From assembly GCA_024275485.1 (NCBI GenBank), contig JAJRZA010000037.1:5241-69240 (forward strand): a DNA stretch of 64,000 nucleotides, read 5' to 3'. Under the pieces are notes generated by a model that had not been told where the DNA came from, ran no database searches, and was given only the letters and a program-made list of their open reading frames with translations. The position numbers and the translations under genes were made by a program. Source of the stretch: Candidatus Krumholzibacteriota bacterium. GTDB taxonomy: Bacteria; Krumholzibacteriota; Krumholzibacteriia; LZORAL124-64-63. This document shows, in pieces, positions 1-9,942 of this stretch (position 1 is its first letter; each line of letters starts with the position of its first letter).

Positions 1-43
1 CGCTGATTTTGGCTGATGGCTCACATCCTCAGAACGACCGTCG

Positions 44-1171
44 GTGCTTAAACCGGCCAACAGAAAGTCGACGATTTTGAATTTCCGATCCGAATGCCTT
101 CATTTCCGGGGCCACATCCCCTGTGTGCCCCACAAAAAAAGTGGTGTGCACTGCGATGGGTGCCCGGACTTCGTGGAGCGCCTGGGCCGCATCCTGCTGA
201 TCAAGCTGGGTGCCGCCGGCGATGTCATCCGTACCACCCCTCTTCTGGATCCTCTTTTGAAACAGTATCCCCATCACTCCTTGACCTGGGTAACGGATTT
301 TCCGGATCTTGTGCCGGATCTTGTGCCCGACCGCATGGGAATGACTCCCGAAACCCTGCTCTGGTTGCACCAGACCCATTTTGATTTGGTGATCAATCTG
401 GACAAGGATCGTCAGGCATGTGCCCTAGCGTCCGAGGTCGATTGTGATCAGCTCATCGGTTTCACTCTGGGGCCTGATGGCTTGTGTCGCCCGGTGGTCG
501 AAGGTGTTTCAGAGGCCATGGCCCAGGCGGCCAGGGAAAAATTCCTGACCGGTCTTTTTGATGATGTGAATCAAGCCTGCACCCTGACTTATCCCCAGGA
601 AATCTTCAGAATCTGCGGGTATGAATTCCAGGATCAAGAGTACGTCCTGGATCGGCCGCAGCACGCACCCAATTTTGATTTGCCCGAGAAGGTAACCATC
701 ATCGGTTTGAACACCGGGGCGGGCGGTCGCTGGACCAGTCGCTTGTGGCCGGAACTCTATTGGGAAGAGCTGGCCATCAAATTGAAGAAGGCCGGTTACG
801 AAGTGCTGTTGCTGGGCGGCAAGCAGGAGGATGCCAAGAACAAGCGCTTGGCCCATGCTGCCAAGGTGCTTTACCTCGGTCACTTTGACCTGCCAACCTT
901 CATCGGCCTGATTGATCGGTGCGATCTGGTGGTCACCGCCGTCACCATGGCCATGCACATCGCCTTGGGTTTGGGCAAAAAACTGGTGCTCTTCAACAAC
1001 ATTTTCAATCCCCACGAATTTGAACTCTATGGCCGGGGTGTGCTATTGCAACCGAAGCAGGATTGCACCTGTTTTTTCCAGCCCCGTTGCCTCAACGAAC
1101 ACTTCTGCATGGAGACGCTGGAGCCTGATATGGTGCTCCGTGCGGTGGCGGATTTGCTGGTGCGGAAATGA
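44..1171 (+). CDS. Glycosyltransferase family 9 (ADP-heptose:LPS heptosyltransferase-like)
   Basis: The N-terminal motif RILLIKLGAAGDVIRTTPLL and the C-terminal GT-B half (LLLGGKQED...) are typical of RfaF/WaaC-type GT9. The start is uncertain: GTG at 44, or GTG at 173 giving MERLGRILLIK. The stop TGA overlaps the ATG of the next gene (ATGA). Confidence 0.75.
   Translation: MLKPANRKSTILNFRSECLHFRGHIPCVPHKKSGVHCDGCPDFVERLGRILLIKLGAAGDVIRTTPLLDPLLKQYPHHSLTWVTDFPDLVPDLVPDRMGMTPETLLWLHQTHFDLVINLDKDRQACALASEVDCDQLIGFTLGPDGLCRPVVEGVSEAMAQAAREKFLTGLFDDVNQACTLTYPQEIFRICGYEFQDQEYVLDRPQHAPNFDLPEKVTIIGLNTGAGGRWTSRLWPELYWEELAIKLKKAGYEVLLLGGKQEDAKNKRLAHAAKVLYLGHFDLPTFIGLIDRCDLVVTAVTMAMHIALGLGKKLVLFNNIFNPHEFELYGRGVLLQPKQDCTCFFQPRCLNEHFCMETLEPDMVLRAVADLLVRK
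302..329 (+). repeat. In-frame 15-bp tandem duplication (CCGGATCTTGTGCC x2) inside the GT9 gene, encoding PDLVPDLVP
   Basis: Direct tandem repeat read directly in the sequence; it preserves the reading frame. Confidence 0.6.
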
Positions 1172-2328
1172 GACTGGCCTTCCTGGGCCCGGCGCCACCT
1201 TTTCGTGGGGGCATTGTCACTTATTACGCCATGCTGTCACGGATCTTGCAGGAGCGTGGGCACTCGGTATTCTGGTCTTCCTTTCGCAAACAGTATCCGG
1301 GTTTTCTTTTTCCCGGCAGTGAACAGGAGGGCGAGACAGCCAGGTGGTTGCAGCAGACCAATCGGCAGCGATTTGTGCCCTGGTCTCCCTGGAGCTGGTG
1401 GAAGGCGGCACGCGATATCCAGGACGAGTCACCCGACGCGCTGATCATCAAATATTGGCTGCCGTTTTTTGCGCCTGGTTTTTTTGCCGTCGCCTGGTTG
1501 CTGAGGCGTCGGGCCAATACCCGCATCATTTTCCTGCTGGACAATGTCATCGCCCACGAAAAATATCCTTTTGCCGGCCTTCTGACCCGACTGGCCCTGG
1601 GACAGGGGGACGGCTACATCGCCCAAAGCGACCAGGTGCGGCGGGACCTTTTTCAGGTTCTGCCGAACACCGATCCACTTACCGTTGTGACATCGCCACA
1701 TCCGGTTTATGATTTTGGTGAACCGGGCCGTGAGCGCCGCACACGCGAACAGGCTCGTCAGGTGCTGAACCTGCCCTCCGGGGTGCACCTGGTACTCTTT
1801 TTCGGTTTCATCAAGCCTTACAAGGGAGTGATGACTCTCATCGACTCGGCCCGCCATTTGCGCGCCGAATTCGGTGATGAGCTGCGGGTCCTGATCGTGG
1901 GGGATATCTACGGCGAGAAACAGCCCTATCTGGACCGCATCACGGCCTCGGACGCTGCCGAAATCATCGATCTGGTGGATGGCTTTGTGCCCGACGAAAC
2001 TGTGGAGGATTATTTTCTGGCAGCCGACTTGGCGGTACTGCCCTATGTGTCGGCCACCCAGAGCGGCATTGTTCAAATCGCCTACAACTACGACCTGCCG
2101 GTGGTCACCACCGACGTTGGCGGATTGCCGGAAGTTGTGGTGGACGGGCGCACGGGTTTCATCGTACCGCCGGAAGATTCCGAGGCGCTGGCTGGGGCTG
2201 TTATCCGATTTTTCAAGGAAAACAAGGCAGATGAGTTTGCAGCCAACGTGATGGTGGAAAAAGAGAAATACTCCTGGAACCGCATGGCCGAAGCCATTGA
2301 AAAACTGGTGGCGGGAGATGAATCATGA
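1168..2328 (+). CDS. Glycosyltransferase family 4 (GT-B, glycosyl transferases group 1)
   Basis: The C-terminal half carries the GT4 signature (LPYVSATQSGIVQIAYNYDLPVVTTDVGGLPEVV...GFIV). Translationally coupled to the upstream GT9. Confidence 0.8.
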   Translation: MRLAFLGPAPPFRGGIVTYYAMLSRILQERGHSVFWSSFRKQYPGFLFPGSEQEGETARWLQQTNRQRFVPWSPWSWWKAARDIQDESPDALIIKYWLPFFAPGFFAVAWLLRRRANTRIIFLLDNVIAHEKYPFAGLLTRLALGQGDGYIAQSDQVRRDLFQVLPNTDPLTVVTSPHPVYDFGEPGRERRTREQARQVLNLPSGVHLVLFFGFIKPYKGVMTLIDSARHLRAEFGDELRVLIVGDIYGEKQPYLDRITASDAAEIIDLVDGFVPDETVEDYFLAADLAVLPYVSATQSGIVQIAYNYDLPVVTTDVGGLPEVVVDGRTGFIVPPEDSEALAGAVIRFFKENKADEFAANVMVEKEKYSWNRMAEAIEKLVAGDES

Positions 2329-2633
2329 AAAAGTCCATGGGGGTTGATGATGTCCTGGTGCGGTTGGCTGCGGGCATCATTGTGCCTCTAACTGAAAAAC
2401 AGTGGATGTTGATGGAAGGGCGCTTCTCCAAGGTTGAAAACATCGATACGGGAATGTCCGGGCTAATCCAACTGGTGCGCCGACCCATTTCAGGGGGGAA
2501 GAAGGCAGGTTGGGCTTTGGTGGAGCAACCCAAGGATGGACAGCGGGTGATTCGTCCTTTCAAGAATGAAAAAGAGGCCCGCGCCCTGATCAAGGATCGT
2601 TTGGCCGCCTACGAACGCATGTGGGACGGCTGA
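2325..2633 (+). CDS. Hypothetical protein (102 aa)
   Basis: The ORF is 4-nt overlapped (ATGA) with the GT4 gene. No recognisable motif. Confidence 0.45.
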   Translation: MKKSMGVDDVLVRLAAGIIVPLTEKQWMLMEGRFSKVENIDTGMSGLIQLVRRPISGGKKAGWALVEQPKDGQRVIRPFKNEKEARALIKDRLAAYERMWDG

Positions 2634-2679
2634 GGCGGTTGCAAACCGGATTACTACAACTGACCGGGAGTCGGTTTTC

Positions 2680-3855
2680 GTGAAATTGAGAACGGGTCTG
2701 GACAAATTGGTGGCCGATGATTTTTCCGCCGTTGGCAAACGTCGGGTGGGATTGCTGGTGCACCCTGCAGCGGTGGATTCGCAGTTGCGCCACGCCTGGG
2801 ATTTGTTCCGTGCTGCCGATCATGTTTCGGTTGGAGCGCTCTTCGGTCCCCAGCACGGTCTCATGGGACAGACCCAGGACAACATGATCGAGTGGGAGGG
2901 TTCTCGGCATGGCAAAACCGGAATTCCCGTCAATTCCCTTTATGGCAGGCACCGAAAACCTACTCCTGAAACGCTGGCCGACATCGACCTGTTGGTGATT
3001 GACCTTCAGGATGTCGGAGCCCGTTATTACACCTTCATCTGGACCATGCTTTTATGCCTCGAAGCCTGCGCCGAAGCTGACGTGGCGGTGATGGTTTTGG
3101 ATCGTCCCAACCCCCTCGGCGGGATGGTCACCGAAGGCAATGTCCTGCACCCGGATTTCCGTTCCTTTGTGGGCCTGGCCCCAATCCCCATGCGTCATGG
3201 CATGACCATCGGCGAGTTGGCCCGGTTCTTTGTGCACTGGCGTGAGCTGGATGTGGAATTGCAGGTGATTTGGGCTGATGGCTGGCAACGTGGCCAGGAT
3301 TTCGCTGCCACCGGTTTGCCCTGGGTTCTGCCCTCGCCCAACATGCCCACCTTGGAGACGGCTTTCGTCTATCCGGGCGGCTGCATGCTGGAAGGCACCA
3401 TGTTGTCCGAAGGCCGGGGCACCACCAGGCCGTTCGAGATTTTTGGAGCACCATATGTGGATGGCGACGCCTTGGCCCAACGGTTGGGCAGTTTGGAATT
3501 GCCGGGGGTCTTTTTCAGACCATTGGAATTTGAACCGACCTTTCACAAGTTTGCCGGTCAGGTTTGCGGTGGTGTGCAGGTGCACGTGACGGATCGCATC
3601 GTGTTTGAATCGGTCCTCACCTACACCGCCGCCATTTCTTTCATCCGTGAGATGTGGCCTGACGATTTTGCCTGGAAAGAGCCTCCCTACGAGTATGAAA
3701 CTGTCAAGTTGCCCATTGATATCCTGGCTGGAGGGGAGCAGTGGCGACGGGATGTGGAGACCCTGCGCAGCCCTTTGGCGATGAAGGCCGAATGGAAAGG
3801 CAAACTGTTGAATTTCAAGGTGTTGACTGAAAGCTTTCGCCACTATGGCTCCTGA
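2680..3855 (+). CDS. namZ: DUF1343 family protein, NamZ-like exo-beta-N-acetylmuramidase (GH171)
   Basis: Length and motifs (VGLLVHPAAVDS, LYGRHRKPT, LVIDLQDVGARYYTFIWTM, VLDRPNPLGG) match DUF1343/YbbC-NamZ. GTG start. Confidence 0.7.
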   Translation: MKLRTGLDKLVADDFSAVGKRRVGLLVHPAAVDSQLRHAWDLFRAADHVSVGALFGPQHGLMGQTQDNMIEWEGSRHGKTGIPVNSLYGRHRKPTPETLADIDLLVIDLQDVGARYYTFIWTMLLCLEACAEADVAVMVLDRPNPLGGMVTEGNVLHPDFRSFVGLAPIPMRHGMTIGELARFFVHWRELDVELQVIWADGWQRGQDFAATGLPWVLPSPNMPTLETAFVYPGGCMLEGTMLSEGRGTTRPFEIFGAPYVDGDALAQRLGSLELPGVFFRPLEFEPTFHKFAGQVCGGVQVHVTDRIVFESVLTYTAAISFIREMWPDDFAWKEPPYEYETVKLPIDILAGGEQWRRDVETLRSPLAMKAEWKGKLLNFKVLTESFRHYGS

Positions 3856-5578
3856 TCCCATCATTCGTGGACTGATTCTGGCTGCAGGTTTCGGGACCCG
3901 TCTTGCGCCCATAACCGGGCATGTGCCCAAGCCCTTGCTACCTGTGGGGAATGCAACGTTGCTGGACCATGCGGTGGCGGCATTTGATGGGGTGGGTATA
4001 AGGGAAATTGCGGTTAACAGTCATCACCTAGGTGCCATGATTGGTGAGCATATCCGGTTGCGCGCAGATGCTTCCCGCTTCACTGTCTTTCCCGAAACGG
4101 TGATCCTTGGTACCGGCGGAGCCCTTTACGGGGCACGAGAATTCCTTGGGGAAGCCGACTATTTTGTGGTCTTCAATGGCGATGTTTTGTGTGATGTGGA
4201 TCTCACGGATCTGATCAACGCCCATCTCAAAAACAAAGGTTTGGCAACTTTGTTGCTGGTGGATCGGCCGCAATTCAACACGGTGCATCTTGGTGCAGAC
4301 GGTTCGATCATACACTTCCAAGGTGCGGGGCCGCTGACCTCGGAAAATCTTCCCGATGATGGTAACGCCCTGACCTACTGCGGCATCGGAGTTTTCTCCC
4401 GTTGCATCCTGGACGACATCGGACCTGGCTTTTCTTCTCTTATTGCCCCCTTGGTTCGGGGCATGGTGGCGGATCCTGGATGTGTGAATGCTTTCGTTTC
4501 CGGCGGTTTTTTTTGGGACGATTTGGGCACTTTAAGCCGACTACTTGAGGTTTCGCAGGGTATTTCCGAGCACTCTGCGGATTTCGCCTGGCTCCAGAAA
4601 ACTCTCGACTGCAACAACCTCCCATTGAAAATGACCCGCATCACCGGTCACGGTTCCGACCGACATTTCTGGCGATTGGCTACATCGGATTGGTCAGCCA
4701 TCGCCATGCAAAGCCCTCCGGATGATCAGGACTTTCCCCACCAGGTGGCCATTGCAAATTTTTTGCAATCCCACGATCTGGGTTCCGCGACGGTGTTGTC
4801 TGCCGATGAAGACGCCAAGGTCATGTTGATGGAGGATCTCGGTCAGGCCAGTCTCTACCTTCTGGCTCGAAATCCCGGAACACCCAAACGGATGTTGGTC
4901 GATCGCTACCGCCAAGTCGTTGATCATCTTCTCAGACTGCAATCATTTACCGATGTGGCAAAAGCCGAGTGCCCCTTGGCGGTGGAACGCTGCCTGGATG
5001 AGGAAACCCTACTATGGGAGACGGCTTATTTTCTGGAGAACTTTTTGAAGGGACATCTGCAGCTACCAAAGGGCCAATGGGAAAACCTGGCCTCTGAATT
5101 TGAGGCCCTTGCTGGTTGTGTTGCCGGCCAACCCCTGGTTTTGCTGCACCGCGATTTCCAATCCCAGAATATTCACTTCCGAGACGGCAAAGTTCGGCTG
5201 GTGGATATCCAGGGCCTGCGTCTGGGACCGCTGGGATACGATATAATGTCGCTGGTGATGGATCCCTACGTGGCCCTACCAGTGGAATTGACGGATGAAT
5301 TGCTGGATCGTTTCGCCTCCGGTTGTGATCTGCCACCTGGTGAGGTTCGTCAGATGGCTTTGGCTGCCGGGCTGCAACGTCTCATGCAGGCGCTGGGGGC
5401 GTATGGATTTCTAGGGCATAGGAAGGGCAAGGTTGAATTTTTGACCTGCATTCCGCAGGCGGTGGCCAATTTGCAGTTTTTGCTGGAGCAGTTGGCCGGT
5501 CAGCCTGCCGAAAGGTCTCGGTGGATACCCAAACCCCTCGGGCATTTGACGGAGTTGATTTTGTCCCTGGAGTGTTGA
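3845..5578 (+). CDS. Fused bifunctional MurNAc/GlcNAc anomeric kinase (AmgK-like, C-terminal) and MurNAc-alpha-1-phosphate uridylyltransferase (MurU-like, N-terminal)
   Basis: The N-terminus (LILAAGFGTRLAPITGHVPKPLLPVGN, NGDVLCDVDL) is a sugar-1-P nucleotidyltransferase like MurU. The C-terminus (LLHRDFQSQNIHFRDGKVRLVDIQGLRLGPLGYDIMSL) is an APH-like kinase fold like AmgK. Overlaps the namZ stop by 11 nt. Confidence 0.7.
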   Translation: MAPDPIIRGLILAAGFGTRLAPITGHVPKPLLPVGNATLLDHAVAAFDGVGIREIAVNSHHLGAMIGEHIRLRADASRFTVFPETVILGTGGALYGAREFLGEADYFVVFNGDVLCDVDLTDLINAHLKNKGLATLLLVDRPQFNTVHLGADGSIIHFQGAGPLTSENLPDDGNALTYCGIGVFSRCILDDIGPGFSSLIAPLVRGMVADPGCVNAFVSGGFFWDDLGTLSRLLEVSQGISEHSADFAWLQKTLDCNNLPLKMTRITGHGSDRHFWRLATSDWSAIAMQSPPDDQDFPHQVAIANFLQSHDLGSATVLSADEDAKVMLMEDLGQASLYLLARNPGTPKRMLVDRYRQVVDHLLRLQSFTDVAKAECPLAVERCLDEETLLWETAYFLENFLKGHLQLPKGQWENLASEFEALAGCVAGQPLVLLHRDFQSQNIHFRDGKVRLVDIQGLRLGPLGYDIMSLVMDPYVALPVELTDELLDRFASGCDLPPGEVRQMALAAGLQRLMQALGAYGFLGHRKGKVEFLTCIPQAVANLQFLLEQLAGQPAERSRWIPKPLGHLTELILSLEC

Positions 5579-5626
5579 GGTTGAGGCCATTGACAAATGA
5601 TTTCAGCATGGGAGGTCTCCCTTCAG

Positions 5627-5642
5627 CGGGAAAGGGTTCCCG
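5627..5642 (+). terminator. Hairpin CGGGAA-AGGG-TTCCCG downstream of the murU/amgK fusion (no U-tract)
   Basis: Perfect 6-bp stem read in the sequence; lacks a T-run, so termination is uncertain. Confidence 0.25.
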
Positions 5643-5896
5643 GATCTCCAATCCCCATCGCTTCGACAAAATCATGGATCATTTCACTGGTGACCCCAGC
5701 ATCTCTGCAGTAATTGTATTATTGTTTTTTCCCCCGAGGATCGGCCGCTTTTGCTGGTTGAATCCCATTTCGGAATATTCATGGCAATCCCAACACCAGC
5801 CCGTTAAATTGGCATCTCCACGCAATTCCGTCCCTGGACGGTCCTTTTTCAAAGGTCAATCGATTCCGTGATCCTGTCTCGGCTCCCAAAACCTCT

Positions 5897-7072
5897 TTGA
5901 CCACTCTGATGTTCCTGGTGGTGTTGCTGATGGTGGTGATGTTGAACATCTCCATCGCCTTGAGCCAACTGACATTGGGGCTGGGACTATTCTTGCTCTT
6001 GATCGGCAAATCCACCGGCCGTATGCAATTGAGTCGCACCGGATTGGAAAAATCCGCCCTGGCCCTGGCTCTTTGGGCCCTTCTGATGATTCCATTCTCC
6101 GGTGATCCCGGCCAATCAAGTATCTTTTATCGCCGATTTTTTCTTTTCTCCACCCTTTGGATTGTCGCCACGGCTGTCGACAGAGAGAGTCGCCGTCGCT
6201 ATTTGTTGACAGCCCTGTTGGTGGGCGCGGTGGCCATCAGCCTGTTTGGACAAATCAATGTTTACCGGGAAAGCGGATCCCTTTTCCAGTCCCGCTTGGG
6301 GGAAATGTCCAACCCCATGACCAGTGGCTGCCTTCTGATGATGTCCCTGTTGACGATATTGGGCTTTCTTGTAGCCAGGGGAATCAGCAGGCGATGGCGG
6401 ATGATACTGCTTCTTGCGTCGCTGCCGGTGGGCATCGGCCTGTTGCAAACCCTGACCCGCAGCGCCTGGTTGGGTATGTTGGCCGGTGGTTTGCTGATCC
6501 TGGGTCTGGTGCGTCCCCGTTTGACGGGTCTTTTGTTGGCAGTGGTTGTGGGATTGCTGATTCTGATCCCTCTTCTGCCAGAAACAATAATTTCGGATAA
6601 TGTGGCTTCACGGTTCTCACTCAACAGCCTGGCCAGCAGTCGCAGCGGTGGCGAACGAGTAATAATGTGGCAGGGTGGTTGGCAAATGATTCGTCAGCAT
6701 CCCCTGACCGGATTGGGCGATCGTGATCTTACCCAGGTGGCACCGGAGTACTATGGTGACGCTGAAACCGAATTCTATGGCCACCTGCACAGCAACCCGG
6801 TGATGCTGGCGGTGATCTGGGGTGTTCCAGGATTCTTGTTGGCTTCGTTCTTCATGGGCCGGCAGGGATGGCTGTTGTGGCGTCGCTGGCGTTTGGCGGC
6901 ATTTGAAAAAACGCCCTGGTTGAGGGGCTGGGTTTTGGCAGCGATGGGTGTGTGGATCGCCTTCATGGTCTCCGGTCTGACCGAATGGTATTTTGGTGAC
7001 GCGGAAAGCATGCTGATGTATTTGTCCATCATGGGCGTGGCCCTGGCTGACAATGGAGAGGTTTATGTCTGA
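5897..7072 (+). CDS. O-antigen ligase family (Wzy_C domain) polytopic membrane protein
   Basis: About 10 TM helices, with the LTRSAWLG motif and an H-x-H-S-N...G..G motif (GHLHSNPVMLAVIWGVPG) typical of the WaaL/Wzy_C family. Start is TTG at 5897 or ATG at 5909. Confidence 0.65.
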   Translation: MTTLMFLVVLLMVVMLNISIALSQLTLGLGLFLLLIGKSTGRMQLSRTGLEKSALALALWALLMIPFSGDPGQSSIFYRRFFLFSTLWIVATAVDRESRRRYLLTALLVGAVAISLFGQINVYRESGSLFQSRLGEMSNPMTSGCLLMMSLLTILGFLVARGISRRWRMILLLASLPVGIGLLQTLTRSAWLGMLAGGLLILGLVRPRLTGLLLAVVVGLLILIPLLPETIISDNVASRFSLNSLASSRSGGERVIMWQGGWQMIRQHPLTGLGDRDLTQVAPEYYGDAETEFYGHLHSNPVMLAVIWGVPGFLLASFFMGRQGWLLWRRWRLAAFEKTPWLRGWVLAAMGVWIAFMVSGLTEWYFGDAESMLMYLSIMGVALADNGEVYV

Positions 7073-8654
7073 TCACGGATTTGAGTTCCATCGCTCCAGT
7101 GGAGTATTGTTGCATCCGACCAGCCTTCCCGGGCCTGATGGCATCGGCGATCTGGGCCAATCGGCCTTCAGTTATGTAGACTGGTTGCATCGCCATGGGC
7201 AAAGCCTCTGGCAAATATTGCCGTTGGGCCCCACCAGCTATGGTGATAGTCCGTACCAGACTCTCAGTGCTTTTGCCGGCAACCCCCTTTTGATCAGCAT
7301 GGAACATCTTGTTGAAGAGGGATGGCTGTTACCCGAAGACCTTGCCGCCCGTCCTTCCTTTGATCAGGAACGGGTGGAATTTGGCCCGGTCATCCTCTGG
7401 AAATTTGGTCTCCTGCAAAAGGCCTGGGCACTCTTTTTGGAGAAAGCCAAATCTTCCCAATGGCAACAGATGGAGGATTTTCGCCAGGAAAATTCGGCCT
7501 GGCTGGAGGATTTTGCCATCTTCATGGCTCTCAAGGATGAAGCGGCGGGCAAGCCCTGGTGTGACTGGGATGCGCCCCTGGTCCGCAGGGAATCAAGCGC
7601 CATGCAGGAAGCTCGCCGTCGTCTGGAAAAAAGCATCAGTTCTTTTGTTTTCGTACAGTGGATTTTTTCCCGTCAATGGCAGGCCCTGCGTTCTTATGCC
7701 TCGGCAAAGGGAGTGCGCCTGGTGGGTGATCTGCCCATTTTCGTCGCCTATGACAGTAGCGACGTCTGGGCGAACCCAGGATTTTTTCAATTGGCCGACG
7801 ACGGCAGGCCCACTCATGTGGCTGGAGTTCCTCCCGATTATTTCAGCAAAACCGGCCAGCTGTGGGGCAATCCACTGTACAACTGGTCGGCTTTGCACGC
7901 CGACGGTTACTCTTGGTGGATTGAACGGTTGCGCGCCTGCCTGGAGATGGTGGACCTGGTTCGCCTCGACCACTTCCGGGGTTTTGCCGGATACTGGGCA
8001 GTTCCGGCTACGGAAAAAACCGCCGTCAAGGGAACCTGGCGTCCTGGCCCGGGAGCCGACTTTTTTCGAGCCCTGCAGGATGCCTTTGGCAAGAATCTGC
8101 CTCTCATCGCTGAAGATCTCGGCGTGGTCACCAGCGATGTGGTCAAACTTCGGGATGATTTTGGCTTGCCCGGCATGAGGGTGCTCCAGTTTGCCTGGAG
8201 TGGTCCGGACAATCTATTCCTGCCCCACGAGCACAGTCCCAATTGCGTGGTCTACAGTGGCACCCATGACAACGACCCCACCCTCGGTTGGTGGAAACAT
8301 TTGACCGATGCAGCCACTCGCGACCTGGTCAAGGAATACACCGACGGCCCCGTGAATGAACCAAATTGGACGCTCCTGCGGCTGGGAATGATGAGCTGTG
8401 CCCACACCTTCATCGCCACCATGCAGGATGTGCTGGGGCTGGGACGCGAAGCCCGCATGAATTTGCCGGGGGAGGGACAGGGCAACTGGAATTGGCGCAT
8501 GCCCGCATCGGCCCTGACCGATCCTTCCGGTAAACGCCTGGCCCGGTTGACCTGGCTTTATCGCCGTCGCCCGGATCAAGTTTTGCCAGTGCCCAAACAA
8601 CCGGACTTCCAGGATTTCCAGGAAAAAAACACAGAATTGGCTGATGAAACTTGA
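7053..8654 (+). CDS. malQ: 4-alpha-glucanotransferase (amylomaltase, GH77)
   Basis: N-terminal RSSGVLLHPTSLPGPDGIGDLG, length of about 530 aa and conserved GH77 blocks. Confidence 0.9.
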   Translation: MERFMSDHGFEFHRSSGVLLHPTSLPGPDGIGDLGQSAFSYVDWLHRHGQSLWQILPLGPTSYGDSPYQTLSAFAGNPLLISMEHLVEEGWLLPEDLAARPSFDQERVEFGPVILWKFGLLQKAWALFLEKAKSSQWQQMEDFRQENSAWLEDFAIFMALKDEAAGKPWCDWDAPLVRRESSAMQEARRRLEKSISSFVFVQWIFSRQWQALRSYASAKGVRLVGDLPIFVAYDSSDVWANPGFFQLADDGRPTHVAGVPPDYFSKTGQLWGNPLYNWSALHADGYSWWIERLRACLEMVDLVRLDHFRGFAGYWAVPATEKTAVKGTWRPGPGADFFRALQDAFGKNLPLIAEDLGVVTSDVVKLRDDFGLPGMRVLQFAWSGPDNLFLPHEHSPNCVVYSGTHDNDPTLGWWKHLTDAATRDLVKEYTDGPVNEPNWTLLRLGMMSCAHTFIATMQDVLGLGREARMNLPGEGQGNWNWRMPASALTDPSGKRLARLTWLYRRRPDQVLPVPKQPDFQDFQEKNTELADET

Positions 8655-9835
8655 ATCCCCTAAAAAAAATATCTGTTGATTTTCGACGCCTTTTGCTGGC
8701 CTCCATGTTCTTTGGAGCCACCAGTGGCATCTTCATGTCCACCCTGAACAACTACCTGTCAAATGTTCATGGATTTGATGCCGGCAACCGGGGTTGGCTC
8801 GAATTCCCACGTGAATTGCCCGGGTTTTTTATTTTCGTGGTGGTGGGATTGTTGCTGATTCGTTTGCGGGAAACCCGCATTGCGGCCATGGCCATGGTGG
8901 CCACCGCGGCCGGTGCCTTGGGGCTGGGGTATCTTTCACCGGGCATAACCATGCTGGTGGTCTGGATCGTGATCTGGTCACTGGGAGACCACATTATCTT
9001 TGCGGTGGAAGGCCCCATGGGATTGAAGCTGGCCAAGCGCGGTGGTGAAGGACGCCGACTGGGACAGCTGGGTGGGGCCCGGAACATGGGTGTCATTCTG
9101 GGTGTGTCCTCAGTGTGGCTTCTGGCTCGTTTGATGGGTGACCGGTACGATTTGTTTTATCTCGTTGGGGCCATTTCTGCCATGGTGGCCGGATTCTTCT
9201 ATTGGCGATTGGGGCTGGGCAAGCAGGATCCCCCATCGCGCAAGCTGGTCTATCGCAAGGAATACCACATTTTCTACGCCATCAGTGCCTTGTTCGGCAT
9301 TCGCAAACAGATATTCCTTGTGTTCGGGACCTGGGTGCTGGTGGATCTGCATGGAGTGCCTGTTTCAACCATCGCACTTTTGTACTTTCTGGCTTCCCTG
9401 TTGGGAGTGGTCCTGCGCCCCCTGTTGGGAGATGTGATCGATTGGTTGGGGGAAAAGAAGGTGCTGGCCACCGATGAATTGATGCTGATCGTTGTTTGCC
9501 TGATTTATGCCTTCAGTTCCATGGTCCTGCCCAAGCCCTATGATCTGTACGTTCTGTATGGTGCCTATGTTCTGGACCACATTCTGTTTGCCTTGCGGGT
9601 GGCTCGCACGACCTATCTGAAAAAGATCGCCATGGATCCGTCGGATATCACTCCGACCATCAGCCTGGGTATCACCATCGACCATTCGGTAGCCATGACG
9701 TTGCCGGTGTTGTCAGGGTATATTTGGGAACGTTATGGCCATCAATATGTTTTTCTGCTGGCAGCTGCCGTGGCCGTGGTGGGGTTCTTCATTTGTCTGC
9801 GAATCGAAGTGCCCGCGATCGAATCGAAGTCCTGA
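8651..9835 (+). CDS. MFS-type polytopic membrane transporter
   Basis: Twelve predicted hydrophobic segments in an MFS-like arrangement. TTG start 4 nt after the malQ stop. Confidence 0.55.
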   Translation: MNPLKKISVDFRRLLLASMFFGATSGIFMSTLNNYLSNVHGFDAGNRGWLEFPRELPGFFIFVVVGLLLIRLRETRIAAMAMVATAAGALGLGYLSPGITMLVVWIVIWSLGDHIIFAVEGPMGLKLAKRGGEGRRLGQLGGARNMGVILGVSSVWLLARLMGDRYDLFYLVGAISAMVAGFFYWRLGLGKQDPPSRKLVYRKEYHIFYAISALFGIRKQIFLVFGTWVLVDLHGVPVSTIALLYFLASLLGVVLRPLLGDVIDWLGEKKVLATDELMLIVVCLIYAFSSMVLPKPYDLYVLYGAYVLDHILFALRVARTTYLKKIAMDPSDITPTISLGITIDHSVAMTLPVLSGYIWERYGHQYVFLLAAAVAVVGFFICLRIEVPAIESKS

Positions 9836-9942
9836 TTTGACTGGAGGACTGGCTTTTTTGCCATTCCTACACCATTTTATAGTAAGTCATCATTTGATTG
9901 TGGCAAAAGGGATGGGGATGCGAAGGATTTGAGGTTTCTCGG

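Noticed and set aside
9836-9900. GACTGG direct repeat followed by a T6 run after the MFS gene, considered as a terminator
   Set aside because: No complementary arm exists to form a stem; it is only a T-run.
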